DNA of 50,919 bases. Origin: Clostridiales bacterium. GTDB taxonomy: Bacteria > Bacillota > Clostridia > Acetivibrionales > DUMC01. The notes under the pieces are model-generated. The model was not told the DNA's origin. It was given only the letters and a program-made list of their open reading frames with translations, and searched no databases. Below, piece after piece: positions 28,666 through 37,784 of the stretch (the stretch's first letter is position 1; the number at the start of each line of letters is the position of its first letter). The stretch covers positions 1 through 50,919 of the forward strand of contig DAOSDD010000002.1 in NCBI GenBank assembly GCA_035362115.1, in the 5' to 3' direction. The translations under genes were made by a program, and so were the position numbers.

Positions 28666-30471
28666 ATGTATAACTATTTTAATGACGAATTTATTGAAGA
28701 AATCAGAGTTAATAATGACATAGTTGATGTAGTATCTGAATATGTACACCTGGAGAAAAAAGGGAGGTACTATTTTGGTCTTTGCCCTTTTCATAATGAA
28801 AAGACTCCCTCTTTCAGTGTAACTCCAGCCTTACAGATATTTAACTGCTTTGGATGCAATAAAGGCGGCAATGTTATTCATTTCATTATGAATATTGAAA
28901 ACCTTGATTTTGCGGAAGCAGTTAAATTTCTTGCGGATAGAGCAGGGATAAGGCTGCCGGATGAAAAAAATGTAAACGACGAAGAATATAAGCTTAAAAA
29001 GGATATATTGGATATTAATAGAACTGTTGCACATTATTTTTATGACAATCTGATGTCTTCAAGAGGTGTGAAAGGACAGGAATACCTTAGAAACAGGGGC
29101 ATCCATCCTGCAACATTGAGAAAGTTCGGTTTGGGATATTCTCTTCCCGAAGGAAATAATATATTTGGATTATTTGTGGATAAAGGCTTTAGTTATAAGG
29201 CAATAATTAGTAGTGGTTTAGTAATAAAAAGCAAAAGTGGCGAATATTTTGACAGGTTTAAAAACAGGCTGATGTTTCCAATATTTGATGTAAGAGGTAA
29301 TGTAATTGGGTTTGGCGGAAGAACGCTGGATGGCTCGTTACCTAAATATATAAACTCACCTGAAACATTAGTATACAACAAAGGAAAGCATCTATATGCT
29401 TTAAATTTTGCAAAAAGCATAAGGAAAAAAAATCTTATTGTTGTTGAAGGATATATGGATGTTATAACCCTTCATCAGAATGGAATAATAAATAGTGTAG
29501 CACCTTTAGGTACGGCACTTACTGAAAATCAAGGACGATTATTAAAGAAGTATGCTGAAGAGGTTATTATTTCTTTTGATGCAGATACTGCCGGTCAAGC
29601 AGCTGCAATAAGAGGCCTGGATTTATTAGCGGGTATTGGCTGCACTGTAAAAGTACTATCGATACCCGATGGTAAGGATCCAGATGATTTTGTGAGAAAA
29701 AATGGTGCTGATGAATTTAGGAAACTTATAGATGGATCAAGGAATCTTGTAGAATATAAAATAGGTTGCCTGAAAAATCGTATTGATACAAGCACTACAG
29801 AAGGTAAGTTAAAATTTGTAAAAAAGGCTGCAGAAATAATATCTAGACTTGATAGCCGGGTTGATGTGGAAGTATATGTAAAGAAGTTTTCGGAACAATA
29901 TGGAATAAGTGTAGAGGCATTTTATTCAGAAGTGTTAAGGAGTGTACAGCCTGGTAAAAATATTAAAGAGGTGAAATTCTATAATGAAAAAAAACATAAT
30001 GATGTTAATGCAGCATCAGGTAAGAAGGTTGGAAATATTGATTTAAAGGCCAATTATAGTGAATTGTTGTTATTTGCTATTCTTTGTATTGATAATAATG
30101 CCTATAAATTGATTAAGGATAAAATTGGAGTGGCTGATTTTAGTGCAGAAAATAAGCCAATTGCAGAGATAGTGTTTAACAGACTGCAATCCAATTACGG
30201 AATTGTATCTGCAGAACTATTAAACATAATGGAGGCTGAGAAAGCAGGGGAGTTTGCAAGAATTCTTGAGCAGGAGTGTAATTTCGATGATAGCAGAAAA
30301 GCTGCTATAGATGTAGTTAATAAAATATTTATAACAAAACTGGAGAACAGAAAGCGGGAAATACTGGAAATGTTGAAAAATAAAGAAAATATGCAAAATT
30401 TACAAACAAGTGAATTGCTAAAAGAGTTAAATGAATTGGTAGTTGTAATCAAAAAGCATTCTGAGTATTGA
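28666..30471 (+). CDS. dnaG: DNA primase
   Basis: Zinc finger CPFHNEKTPSF...CFGC, TOPRIM EGYMDV...DAD, and a C-terminal helicase-binding region. The start is ATG 28666 or TTG 28660, and no well-spaced SD is present. Confidence 0.92.
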   Translation: MYNYFNDEFIEEIRVNNDIVDVVSEYVHLEKKGRYYFGLCPFHNEKTPSFSVTPALQIFNCFGCNKGGNVIHFIMNIENLDFAEAVKFLADRAGIRLPDEKNVNDEEYKLKKDILDINRTVAHYFYDNLMSSRGVKGQEYLRNRGIHPATLRKFGLGYSLPEGNNIFGLFVDKGFSYKAIISSGLVIKSKSGEYFDRFKNRLMFPIFDVRGNVIGFGGRTLDGSLPKYINSPETLVYNKGKHLYALNFAKSIRKKNLIVVEGYMDVITLHQNGIINSVAPLGTALTENQGRLLKKYAEEVIISFDADTAGQAAAIRGLDLLAGIGCTVKVLSIPDGKDPDDFVRKNGADEFRKLIDGSRNLVEYKIGCLKNRIDTSTTEGKLKFVKKAAEIISRLDSRVDVEVYVKKFSEQYGISVEAFYSEVLRSVQPGKNIKEVKFYNEKKHNDVNAASGKKVGNIDLKANYSELLLFAILCIDNNAYKLIKDKIGVADFSAENKPIAEIVFNRLQSNYGIVSAELLNIMEAEKAGEFARILEQECNFDDSRKAAIDVVNKIFITKLENRKREILEMLKNKENMQNLQTSELLKELNELVVVIKKHSEY

Positions 30472-30488
30472 TGAAAGGAGGGTAAATT

Positions 30489-31568
30489 TTGAAAGTTAAT
30501 AATGAAACAAGAAAAACCATATTAAAAGAATTGATTGAAAAAGGTAAATCAAAAGGCATGCTTACTTACAAAGAAATAATGGATGCCTTTGAAGAAATTG
30601 AGTTAGATCCGGACCAGATTGATAAAATATATGAAACAGTAGAGAATATGGGCATTGATATTGTTGGCGATCTGGAAGAGGATGTTGAAGATATCCAGAT
30701 AAACGAAGAAGATTTGGATTTAAGTGTTCCTGAAGGAATCAGCATAGACGATCCTGTTAGAATGTATCTCAAAGAAATAGGCAAAGTTCCTCTTTTAACT
30801 GCAGATGAAGAAATAGAGCTGGCCAGGAGAATGGAGGAAGGTGATAATGAGGCGAAACGAAGGTTAGCTGAAGCAAATTTAAGATTAGTAGTGAGTATAG
30901 CAAAAAGATATGTTGGCAGAGGTATGCTTTTCCTTGACCTTATACAGGAGGGAAATCTTGGTCTTATAAAAGCAGTAGAAAAGTTTGATTATAGAAAAGG
31001 TTACAAATTCAGCACATATGCTACATGGTGGATCAGACAGGCAATAACCCGTGCTATAGCTGACCAGGCACGTACAATAAGAATTCCAGTTCATATGGTC
31101 GAAACTATTAATAAACTCATAAGAGTTTCAAGACAGTTATTACAAGAACTGGGGAGAGAACCTTTACCAGAGGAAATAGCAAAGGAAATGAACATGCCTG
31201 TAGAAAAGGTGAGGGAAGTCATGAAGATATCCCAAGAACCGGTATCTCTTGAAACACCTATCGGGGAGGAAGAAGACAGTCACCTTGGAGATTTTATTCC
31301 TGATGACGATGCACCTGCACCTGCAGAGTCAGCAGCTTTTACTTTGTTGAAGGAACAGCTTATGGATGTACTTGATACTCTTACACCTCGTGAGGAGAAG
31401 GTATTAAGATTAAGATTCGGACTGGACGATGGCAGAGCAAGAACACTGGAGGAAGTAGGAAAAGAGTTCAATGTAACCAGAGAGAGAATAAGGCAGATTG
31501 AAGCAAAGGCATTAAGAAAGCTCAGACATCCAAGTAGAAGTAAAAAACTCAAGGATTATCTTGATTAA
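30489..31568 (+). CDS. sigA: Primary RNA polymerase sigma factor (sigma-A/RpoD)
   Basis: 359 aa with region 2.4 [14 protein letters not shown] and region 4.2 [30 protein letters not shown]. The TTG start lies 7 nt after an AAGGAGGG SD. Confidence 0.97.
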   Translation: MKVNNETRKTILKELIEKGKSKGMLTYKEIMDAFEEIELDPDQIDKIYETVENMGIDIVGDLEEDVEDIQINEEDLDLSVPEGISIDDPVRMYLKEIGKVPLLTADEEIELARRMEEGDNEAKRRLAEANLRLVVSIAKRYVGRGMLFLDLIQEGNLGLIKAVEKFDYRKGYKFSTYATWWIRQAITRAIADQARTIRIPVHMVETINKLIRVSRQLLQELGREPLPEEIAKEMNMPVEKVREVMKISQEPVSLETPIGEEEDSHLGDFIPDDDAPAPAESAAFTLLKEQLMDVLDTLTPREEKVLRLRFGLDDGRARTLEEVGKEFNVTRERIRQIEAKALRKLRHPSRSKKLKDYLD

Positions 31569-31592
31569 GACTCGATTATTAAATCGAGTCTT
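31567..31592 (+). terminator. Hairpin overlapping the sigA stop codon (weak U-tract)
   Basis: AAGACTCGATT-ATTA-AATCGAGTCTT followed by CTCACATT. Confidence 0.5.
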
Positions 31593-31910
31593 CTCACATT
31601 CATCATCCATGATTCAGGTGACGGCTCACGACATCCGTGTCGTGAATTACGAATTTTCCCTTGCCTTAAACATAACAATCCGTAAACTTTGTTCAACTTA
31701 TATACTCAGAAAATCATTTGCTGCCATATTTTGTTTCATGGGAAGAAAATGCGCCCTGCAAATTGCACAGTGTTGACTGCCGAATGATTTATTGCACCAG
31801 AATCAAATTTCTATAATTTTAAAAAATCAAGCTATAATTAACAATCAAACGAAATATTAAGTAATGCGGTCATAACTTATATACAAAGGCTTAGATTGGA
31901 AAAATAAATC

Positions 31911-31939
31911 TTGACCACATATAGCGGCGCAAGTATAAT
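31911..31939 (+). promoter_or_regulatory. Sigma-A promoter of the tRNA-Asn/tRNA-Ile2 pair
   Basis: TTGACC, a 17-nt spacer, then TATAAT, 23 nt upstream of tRNA-Asn. Confidence 0.75.
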
Positions 31940-31962
31940 ATTATTTGTCACAGTTGAGACAT

Positions 31963-32038
31963 TCCTCAATAGCTCAGTCGGTAGAGCATGCGGCTGTTAA
32001 CCGCAGGGTCGTAGGTTCGAGTCCTACTTGAGGAGCCA
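31963..32038 (+). tRNA. tRNA-Asn (anticodon GTT)
   Basis: Cloverleaf by hand. The acceptor is TCCTCAA/TTGAGGA, the anticodon loop is CTGTTAA, the T-loop is GGTTCGAGTCC, and CCA is encoded. Confidence 0.95.
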
Positions 32039-32041
32039 AAA

Positions 32042-32118
32042 GGGCCTTTAGCTCAGTTGGTTAGAGCAACCGGCTCATAACCGGTTGGTCCGGGGTTCGA
32101 GTCCCTGAAGGCCCACCA
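32042..32118 (+). tRNA. tRNA with CAT anticodon, most likely tRNA-Ile2 (lysidine-modified) rather than Met
   Basis: The anticodon loop is CTCATAA. GGGCCTTTAGCTCAGTTGGTTAGAGC closely resembles the Bacillus tRNA-Ile(CAU) 5' half, and not the elongator or initiator Met tRNAs as I remember them. Confidence 0.85.
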
Positions 32119-32125
32119 AATATTG

Positions 32126-32158
32126 AAAAAAGTAAGGAACCTATTCCTTACTTTTTTT
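32126..32158 (+). terminator. Intrinsic terminator after the tRNA pair
   Basis: AGTAAGGAA-CCTA-TTCCTTACT followed by TTTTTT. Confidence 0.85.
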
Positions 32159-32309
32159 GTTATAATGAATAGGAATGTATAAATTTTCCGAATGTGCACT
32201 TTTCATGTAGACTGTTTTAAAAATCATTGTAAAAGTTAAATCAAAGGACTAGTTTGAAGAAATTAAAATTCTGGCAATCTAATATGATAGCAGGAATGGA
32301 GCTTTAAAT

Positions 32310-33011
32310 ATGAAACTTAAGGGAAGATTAAGAGCGATAGCTGAAATGGTTCCTAAATGCAATTTGATATGTGATATTGGCACCGATCATGCTTATATAC
32401 CTATTTATCTTGTAAAAAGCAGTATATGTAAAAGAGCAATTATAACCGATATTAAACAGGGACCTATTAATATAGCAGAAAATAATATTAGGGAAAATCA
32501 TTTGGAGGATTGTATAGAAACAAGACTCGGAGATGGACTGCACCCTTTAGATAATAACGAAATAGATGTTTTAATAATAGCCGGTATGGGTGGAAAACTG
32601 ATGGCAAAAATACTATGGGAAGGTATATCCAAAGCAATGAATGCAAACCTTTTAATATTGCAGGCTATGAACGGATTGGAGCTTGTTACACAATGGCTTT
32701 TCGAAGAAGGTTTTGATATATGTGATGAAGAGTTAGTTGAAGATGATAACAGGATATATAATATAAAGGCTGCTAGATGGACAGGTGTTAAAAAAGTATA
32801 TAATAATGTGGATTTACATATAAGCAAAAAACTTATTGAAAAAAATAATCCATTGCTTATTGAGTATATAGATAGAAAATTGGCAGTATTGGACAAAATT
32901 ATTTCGGGATTGCAGAAAACAAATAAAAATTCAGCAGAAGCGGAAACCGAATTGTATAAAATGGAAATACTTAAAAAGGATATGACGGAAATAATAAATA
33001 ATATGAGGTGA
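32310..33011 (+). CDS. trmK: tRNA (adenine22-N1)-methyltransferase
   Basis: 233 aa. DIGTDHAYIPIYL and IIAGMGG are TrmK/YqfN-type SAM-MTase motifs. It precedes the Nif3 gene, as in Bacillus. Confidence 0.85.
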   Translation: MKLKGRLRAIAEMVPKCNLICDIGTDHAYIPIYLVKSSICKRAIITDIKQGPINIAENNIRENHLEDCIETRLGDGLHPLDNNEIDVLIIAGMGGKLMAKILWEGISKAMNANLLILQAMNGLELVTQWLFEEGFDICDEELVEDDNRIYNIKAARWTGVKKVYNNVDLHISKKLIEKNNPLLIEYIDRKLAVLDKIISGLQKTNKNSAEAETELYKMEILKKDMTEIINNMR

Positions 33012-33016
33012 ATATC

Positions 33017-33829
33017 ATGAGTGCCACTAAATGCAAGGGAATAGTTGATTTTATGGAAAACATTGCTCCCGTATATTTAGCAGAGGATTGGGATAATGTA
33101 GGCTTAATAATCGGAGACTATGAACGTGATATTAATCATATTCTGGTCAGCCTTGACGTTACAACTCAAATATTGGACTATGCTATAGAAAAAAGTGTTG
33201 ATATGATAATATCCCATCATCCCCTAATCTTTAAACCCATTAAACGAATAGTATACGATGACTGGAAAAGTGTTTTAATATCACGGATAATAAAAAATGA
33301 TATATGTTTATACTGCGCACATACAAACCTTGACTATGCAAAAAATGGAGTTAATTGGAATTTGGCTCTAGCTTTGGACCTGAATGATATTAAAAATTAT
33401 GGAGAAACTAAGTCAGAAGGTGAGGGATATAGCCTTGCAAAAGTTGGTCTGTTAAAACCGCCCATGAAATTATCAATGTTTGTCAGCAATATAAAGCACA
33501 TACTAGGTATTGATTCCGTAAAACTTATAAGTAATAATGCTGACAAAGCATTTGAAAGAGATGTCAATAAAGTTGTGGTGTTTTCCGGAAGTTTTGATGA
33601 TAGTGTTCTACGCTATATAGGTGATGATATTGATGTAATTATAACTGGTGATGTAAAATACCATACTGCTGTTGAAATAGCGGAAAAGGGTGTTTGTGTA
33701 ATTGATGCAGGCCATTTTGCTACAGAAAATGTCATAGTTCCTCAGCTTTGCTCTCAATTAAAAGATAGATTTCCTGATTTAAGTGTTACAAGTAAAATGG
33801 TGGTAAATCAGCCAATTAAGTTTTATTGA
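33017..33829 (+). CDS. Nif3-like dinuclear metal centre protein (YqfO family)
   Basis: ORF 33008-33829. The likely start is ATG 33017. The motifs are AEDWDNVGL, ISHHPLIFKP and DAGHFATE. Confidence 0.88.
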   Translation: MSATKCKGIVDFMENIAPVYLAEDWDNVGLIIGDYERDINHILVSLDVTTQILDYAIEKSVDMIISHHPLIFKPIKRIVYDDWKSVLISRIIKNDICLYCAHTNLDYAKNGVNWNLALALDLNDIKNYGETKSEGEGYSLAKVGLLKPPMKLSMFVSNIKHILGIDSVKLISNNADKAFERDVNKVVVFSGSFDDSVLRYIGDDIDVIITGDVKYHTAVEIAEKGVCVIDAGHFATENVIVPQLCSQLKDRFPDLSVTSKMVVNQPIKFY

Positions 33830-33854
33830 CAATAGATATAATTGAGCTTATAAT
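33826..33854 (+). promoter_or_regulatory. Consensus sigma-A promoter of rnpB
   Basis: TTGACA (overlapping the Nif3 stop codon), a 17-nt spacer, then TATAAT. Confidence 0.7.
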
Positions 33855-33894
33855 TAAAAAGTCAGCTTTTATGAATTAATGTGAATACATATTA

Positions 33895-34240
33895 GTGAGT
33901 AAGCCAGACGGCCGCGTATGTAATGCTGAAAAGCTGCATATGAGGAAAGTCCGGGCTCCATAGGGCAGGGTGCCGGGTAACCCCCGGTGAAGGCGACTTC
34001 AAGGAAAGTGCATAGAAAATAACCGCCTGATTTTGTGTCAGGCAAGGGTGGAAAGGTGAGGTAAGAGCTCACCAGCGGTCAGGCGACTGGCCGGCTTAGA
34101 AAACCCCACCTGGAGCAACACCGCAAAGTGGGACGTTAAGGTGGCCCGCCTGTCCCGGGTAGGTGGCTTGAGCCATACAGTAATGTATGGCCTAGATAGA
34201 TGGCTGTTTAATACAGAACCCGGCTTATAGACTTACTCAT
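33895..34240 (+). ncRNA. rnpB: RNase P RNA, bacterial type A
   Basis: GAGGAAAGTCCGGGCTCCATAGGGCAGGGTGCCGGGTAAC, AAGGGTGGAAAGGTGAGGTAAGAGCTCACC and ACAGAACCCGGCTTA are universally conserved blocks. P1 forms by GAGTAAG/CTTACTC. The ends are approximate. Confidence 0.95.
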
Positions 34241-34251
34241 AATTAATTATC

Positions 34252-34280
34252 AAAATACCGGCTTAAAAAGCCGGCATTTT
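34252..34280. terminator. Bidirectional terminator (rnpB / oxidoreductase gene)
   Basis: AAAATA-CCGGCTT-AAA-AAGCCGG-CATTTT. Confidence 0.8.
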
Positions 34281-34283
34281 GAC

Positions 34284-35348
34284 CTATTTTACATTTCTCC
34301 AGTCTTCATCCAATCCAAGTCCATTAAGATCTGCAATAATGTTTTTCGTCTCAGCTTCGTACATACGCCAGATTATTCTCAAACCCTGCAAACTTGCCGG
34401 GCCATCAGTAAATGGTCTTGTATCGTTTTGTATGCAATTGAGGAAATGTAGAGTTTCAAATTGTGTTTTCTTTGATTGATCAGTTTCCACCATTAGTACC
34501 TGAGTTCTTGAAGTTGTGTCCAGGTTTGCCTTTTCCCCCTTGATGTGGGAATGAAGGTATAATTTACCTTGGCCGTCAGCTTTGCTGTACTCCAGCATAC
34601 CCTCGGTACAGTGGATATGAAAGCTGTAGCCAAGCCGTGTACCCCGTGCACCCCATGTACCAAAATGGTAGCCCATTGCACCGTTCTCAAACTCTATTAC
34701 GGCATTACTTGTGCCTTCATTTTCCATCCATGGTGTACCAAAGTTTGTACCCATATGAAATCCTTTCACTGGTTTTCCAAGAAACCATAACAAAAGATCT
34801 ATATAGTGACACCCATGACTGAAAAACTGACCTCCACCAAGCCTTTTTGCAGATAAAGCCCAATGCCCTTCCGGGTATTTAGTGAACTGTTCAGTCCAAA
34901 TAGACATTTGAAATGCTTCACCATAAGTCTTAGCATCTACCAGTTCCTTCATCTTTAAAATGATTGGCCAGTAACGTACAGGATAAGCCGTCATTAGCAC
35001 TTTTTTATACTTCTCTGCAGTTTCAATTAACTTAATGCATTCCTCTTCTGTGTTGCACATAGGTTTTTCCATTAATACATGTTTACCTGCCTTAAGGAAA
35101 AACATTCCAGTTTCAAAGTGCAAGTCATGCGGCAATGAGATTAGTACAGCATCTACATTATTTACCATTTCCCTGTAATCAGTGACAGCTATTTCAGCTC
35201 CAATAACCTTTGCAGCTTCCTGAACCCTTTCAGGTACAATATCACAAACTGCAGTGACAACCATCTTGTCACTCAATTCCAAAAGTCCAAGCAGATGAGA
35301 TTTTGCCATTCCACCGCAACCAATAACTCCCATACGGATTTTTTCCAT
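34284..35348 (-). CDS. Gfo/Idh/MocA family NAD(P)-dependent oxidoreductase
   Basis: 354 aa with the N-terminal Rossmann motif MGVIGCGGMAKSH and the EKP motif (LMEKPM). Confidence 0.85.
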   Translation of the reverse strand: MEKIRMGVIGCGGMAKSHLLGLLELSDKMVVTAVCDIVPERVQEAAKVIGAEIAVTDYREMVNNVDAVLISLPHDLHFETGMFFLKAGKHVLMEKPMCNTEEECIKLIETAEKYKKVLMTAYPVRYWPIILKMKELVDAKTYGEAFQMSIWTEQFTKYPEGHWALSAKRLGGGQFFSHGCHYIDLLLWFLGKPVKGFHMGTNFGTPWMENEGTSNAVIEFENGAMGYHFGTWGARGTRLGYSFHIHCTEGMLEYSKADGQGKLYLHSHIKGEKANLDTTSRTQVLMVETDQSKKTQFETLHFLNCIQNDTRPFTDGPASLQGLRIIWRMYEAETKNIIADLNGLGLDEDWRNVK

Positions 35349-35392
35349 TTATTATTCCACCCCCAAGATATTGGATATATTTTTTATGCTAG

Positions 35393-35416
35393 TACTACTT
35401 TGTCATGTTGCTAAAT
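35393..35416 (-). repeat. Half copy (3'-arm only) of the palindromic repeat family
   Basis: TACTACTTTGTCATGTTGCTAAATG resembles the start of the 16550 copy (TACTACTTTGTTATGTTGCCAATGG). It lies in the divergent promoter region between the oxidoreductase and AraC genes. Confidence 0.6.
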
Positions 35417-35500
35417 GATATAATATACTTAAATTATTTAAAAATCTTTGCTAGTATGTTCTAATAATTTGCAATATTGTACAAAAGGTGGGTGAAGCTT

Positions 35501-36382
35501 ATGGTTCGGGCAAGATACATTCTTCAAAATAGCCTCACTATTGATAAACTAATTACTTTTTATTATATGGAATTAACCAGCAAATTTATGACAAGAGGAG
35601 AAAGACATGATTTCTGGGAGTTTGTTTATGTTGATAAAGGTGAAATAGAGATACTTACCGATTCTAAACAATATGAGTTAAACCAGGGTGATATTATATT
35701 CTATAAACCTAATGAGTTTCATGCAGGCAGGGCAAAAAACAATACAAATCCCAACCTAATTATTATTTCGTTTGAGTGTTCTGCACCATGTATGGAATTT
35801 TTCGAGGGAAAAACATTTCGACTGGATGAAGAAGAAAGGAAAATCTTATCAAGGCTGATCAAGGAAGGTGTTGGGGCTTTTGATCCACCTGTAGATTCTC
35901 CGAATATGAGATTGCCCAGGAGAAGACAAAATGCACCATTTGGAAGTGAGCAATTAATTAAAAACCACCTTGAAATCTTGCTTATTCTAATGATTCGCAA
36001 GGGTGATAAAAGACAAGAAAATGAAAGACTTCAAACAATTACCTCGGAGAATAGAGAAGAAGATTTGACAGCGCAAATTAAAGAGTATATGAAAAGCTGT
36101 ATTTGTGAAAACTTAACCCCTGAACAGCTTTGTACTGCATTCGCTATAAGTAGGACGCAGCTTATGACCATGTTTAAAGCAAAAACAGGATTGGGAGTAA
36201 AAGAGTATTTTAACAAGCTTAAAATAGAAAAAGCGAAGGAAATGATCCGTTCAGGACAATACAACTTTTCTCAAATTGCCGGGTACCTTTCTTATAATAG
36301 TGTTCACTATTTTTCGAAACAGTTTAAGTTTATAACACAAATGACACCTACAGAATATGCACGTTCTGTAAAGTCACGGTAG
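35501..36382 (+). CDS. AraC family transcriptional regulator (cupin sensor + HTH)
   Basis: ORF 35477-36382. The likely start is ATG 35501, after an AAGGTGGGTGA SD. It has an N-terminal cupin-like domain and a C-terminal AraC HTH (IAGYLSYNSVHYFSKQFKFITQMTPTEY). Confidence 0.85.
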   Translation: MVRARYILQNSLTIDKLITFYYMELTSKFMTRGERHDFWEFVYVDKGEIEILTDSKQYELNQGDIIFYKPNEFHAGRAKNNTNPNLIIISFECSAPCMEFFEGKTFRLDEEERKILSRLIKEGVGAFDPPVDSPNMRLPRRRQNAPFGSEQLIKNHLEILLILMIRKGDKRQENERLQTITSENREEDLTAQIKEYMKSCICENLTPEQLCTAFAISRTQLMTMFKAKTGLGVKEYFNKLKIEKAKEMIRSGQYNFSQIAGYLSYNSVHYFSKQFKFITQMTPTEYARSVKSR

Positions 36383-36434
36383 AAAATTAATATTAAGATT
36401 AAAATTTCAAACTATTGAAATAATATTAATAGAA

Positions 36435-36512
36435 TACTACTATGCCAATTTGGAAAGCAATGTCTTCCGAGAATATGCTTTATATTAGCATTGGCAACAT
36501 AATAAAGTAGTA
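36435..36512 (+). repeat. Palindromic intergenic repeat (TACTACT...AGTAGTA family), 78-nt copy
   Basis: TACTACTATGCCAATTTGGAAAGCA...AGCATTGGCAACATAATAAAGTAGTA, 52 nt downstream of the AraC stop codon. Confidence 0.85.
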
Positions 36513-36560
36513 AGTAGTATAAAAATAGAAAATTTATGGCTGGCCGGGGAGGGTGGCATA

Positions 36561-37370
36561 TTGGCAGAAGAAAACAAGGTAACCTTTACTAAACATTACA
36601 GTGAAAATGAAAATACATGTGAAAAGAGATATAAAGGAACGTATGGAGATGTCTGCGATAATGATGAAACAGCAGAAAATGAGACATCGACTGATATTGA
36701 TAGGACAATAGGGGCAGCAAAAGTATCCAATCCCAGGGGAAATATTCATTGCCTTACTATAATTGGACAAATAGAAGGCCATATTATATTACCTCCACAA
36801 AATAAAACAACAAAATATGAGCATATAATACCTCAGCTTGTTGCAATTGAAGAAGATGACGAAATAAATGGACTATTATTAATATTAAATACGGTAGGTG
36901 GTGATGTTGAAGCAGGACTTGCAATAGCAGAAATGATAGCAAGCATGTCAAAGCCTACTGTTTCGTTAGTGCTGGGTGGAGGACATAGCATTGGTGTACC
37001 TATGGCTGTAGCAACAAATTACTCATTTATTGCACCATCTGCAACAATGACCATACACCCTCTAAGATTGAATGGTTTAATAATTGGGGTACCACAGACT
37101 TACGAATATTTTGATAGAATGCAGGAGAGAGTTGTACAATTTGTATCAAAAAATTCCAAAATCAGTCGCGATGAGTTCAGGAGTTTGATGCTAAAAACAG
37201 GTGAATTGGCAAATGATGTAGGAACAGTATTATTTGGAGAAGAAGCAGTACAAAATGGTCTAATAAATGAATTAGGCGGACTTTCCAGGGCGTTGGAAAA
37301 GCTATATGAGTTAATTGGCATGAGACGTAAACAAGTTGTTTTACCAAACCAATCCACAAATATTAATTAG
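36561..37370 (+). CDS. tepA: ClpP-fold serine protease-like protein (TepA/YmfB family)
   Basis: 269 aa with a TTG start after a GGGGAGGGTGG SD. The motifs are [22 protein letters not shown] and GGGHSIGVP. It is followed by ylzJ, as in Bacillus. Confidence 0.75.
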   Translation: MAEENKVTFTKHYSENENTCEKRYKGTYGDVCDNDETAENETSTDIDRTIGAAKVSNPRGNIHCLTIIGQIEGHIILPPQNKTTKYEHIIPQLVAIEEDDEINGLLLILNTVGGDVEAGLAIAEMIASMSKPTVSLVLGGGHSIGVPMAVATNYSFIAPSATMTIHPLRLNGLIIGVPQTYEYFDRMQERVVQFVSKNSKISRDEFRSLMLKTGELANDVGTVLFGEEAVQNGLINELGGLSRALEKLYELIGMRRKQVVLPNQSTNIN

Positions 37371-37398
37371 TAATGCAAATATGGAGGTATAACAGTTA

Positions 37399-37674
37399 AT
37401 GATACTTTACTCAATAATACCATTAGATGTAGTATTTGGAAACAATAATGAAAAGTTTGGCGAATTATTTGAAATTGAATATATGGGTGAGAAAGTACAG
37501 GTATATTCTTCAACAGAAGATGAATATGTAATAAACCGGGTAATCAGTACATCGCCAAAGGCTTTTCTTAGAGCAGAACTTCAGCCGGGATCTTTTATTA
37601 ATGCTAATATTGCTGATATTAGGGTTAAAAGTAAAGCCACTAATGCAAGAGGATTCAGTATCTATCATAAATAG
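37399..37674 (+). CDS. ylzJ: YlzJ-like family protein
   Basis: 91 aa. MILYSIIP...E..Y.G..V pattern, and a position immediately downstream of tepA. Confidence 0.65.
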   Translation: MILYSIIPLDVVFGNNNEKFGELFEIEYMGEKVQVYSSTEDEYVINRVISTSPKAFLRAELQPGSFINANIADIRVKSKATNARGFSIYHK

Positions 37675-37688
37675 ACATTAGCATAAAA

Positions 37689-37724
37689 AGAATCATCCCA
37701 ACTGTAAAAATATGGGATGATTCT
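37689..37724. terminator. Bidirectional terminator (ylzJ / chemoreceptor gene)
   Basis: AGAATCATCCCA, a 12-nt loop, then TGGGATGATTCT, with an A-run upstream. Confidence 0.75.
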
Positions 37725-37784
37725 GAGCATATAAGCATTGAAATTTATATAAATATTGATTGTAAATGTGAATGATGTATTTAG

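Noticed and set aside
31561-31776. 71-aa plus-strand ORF after sigA
   Set aside because: It starts (TTG) within the sigA stop codon/terminator hairpin. It has no SD and no recognisable domain. The region is treated as non-coding (see finding).
33869-34072. 67-aa minus-strand ORF
   Set aside because: It lies entirely inside the RNase P RNA gene on the opposite strand.
34493-34822. Three 61-73-aa ORFs in alternative frames or strands of the oxidoreductase gene
   Set aside because: They overlap a 354-aa gene with clear Gfo/Idh/MocA motifs. They are artefacts of a locally G+C-richer segment with few stop codons.
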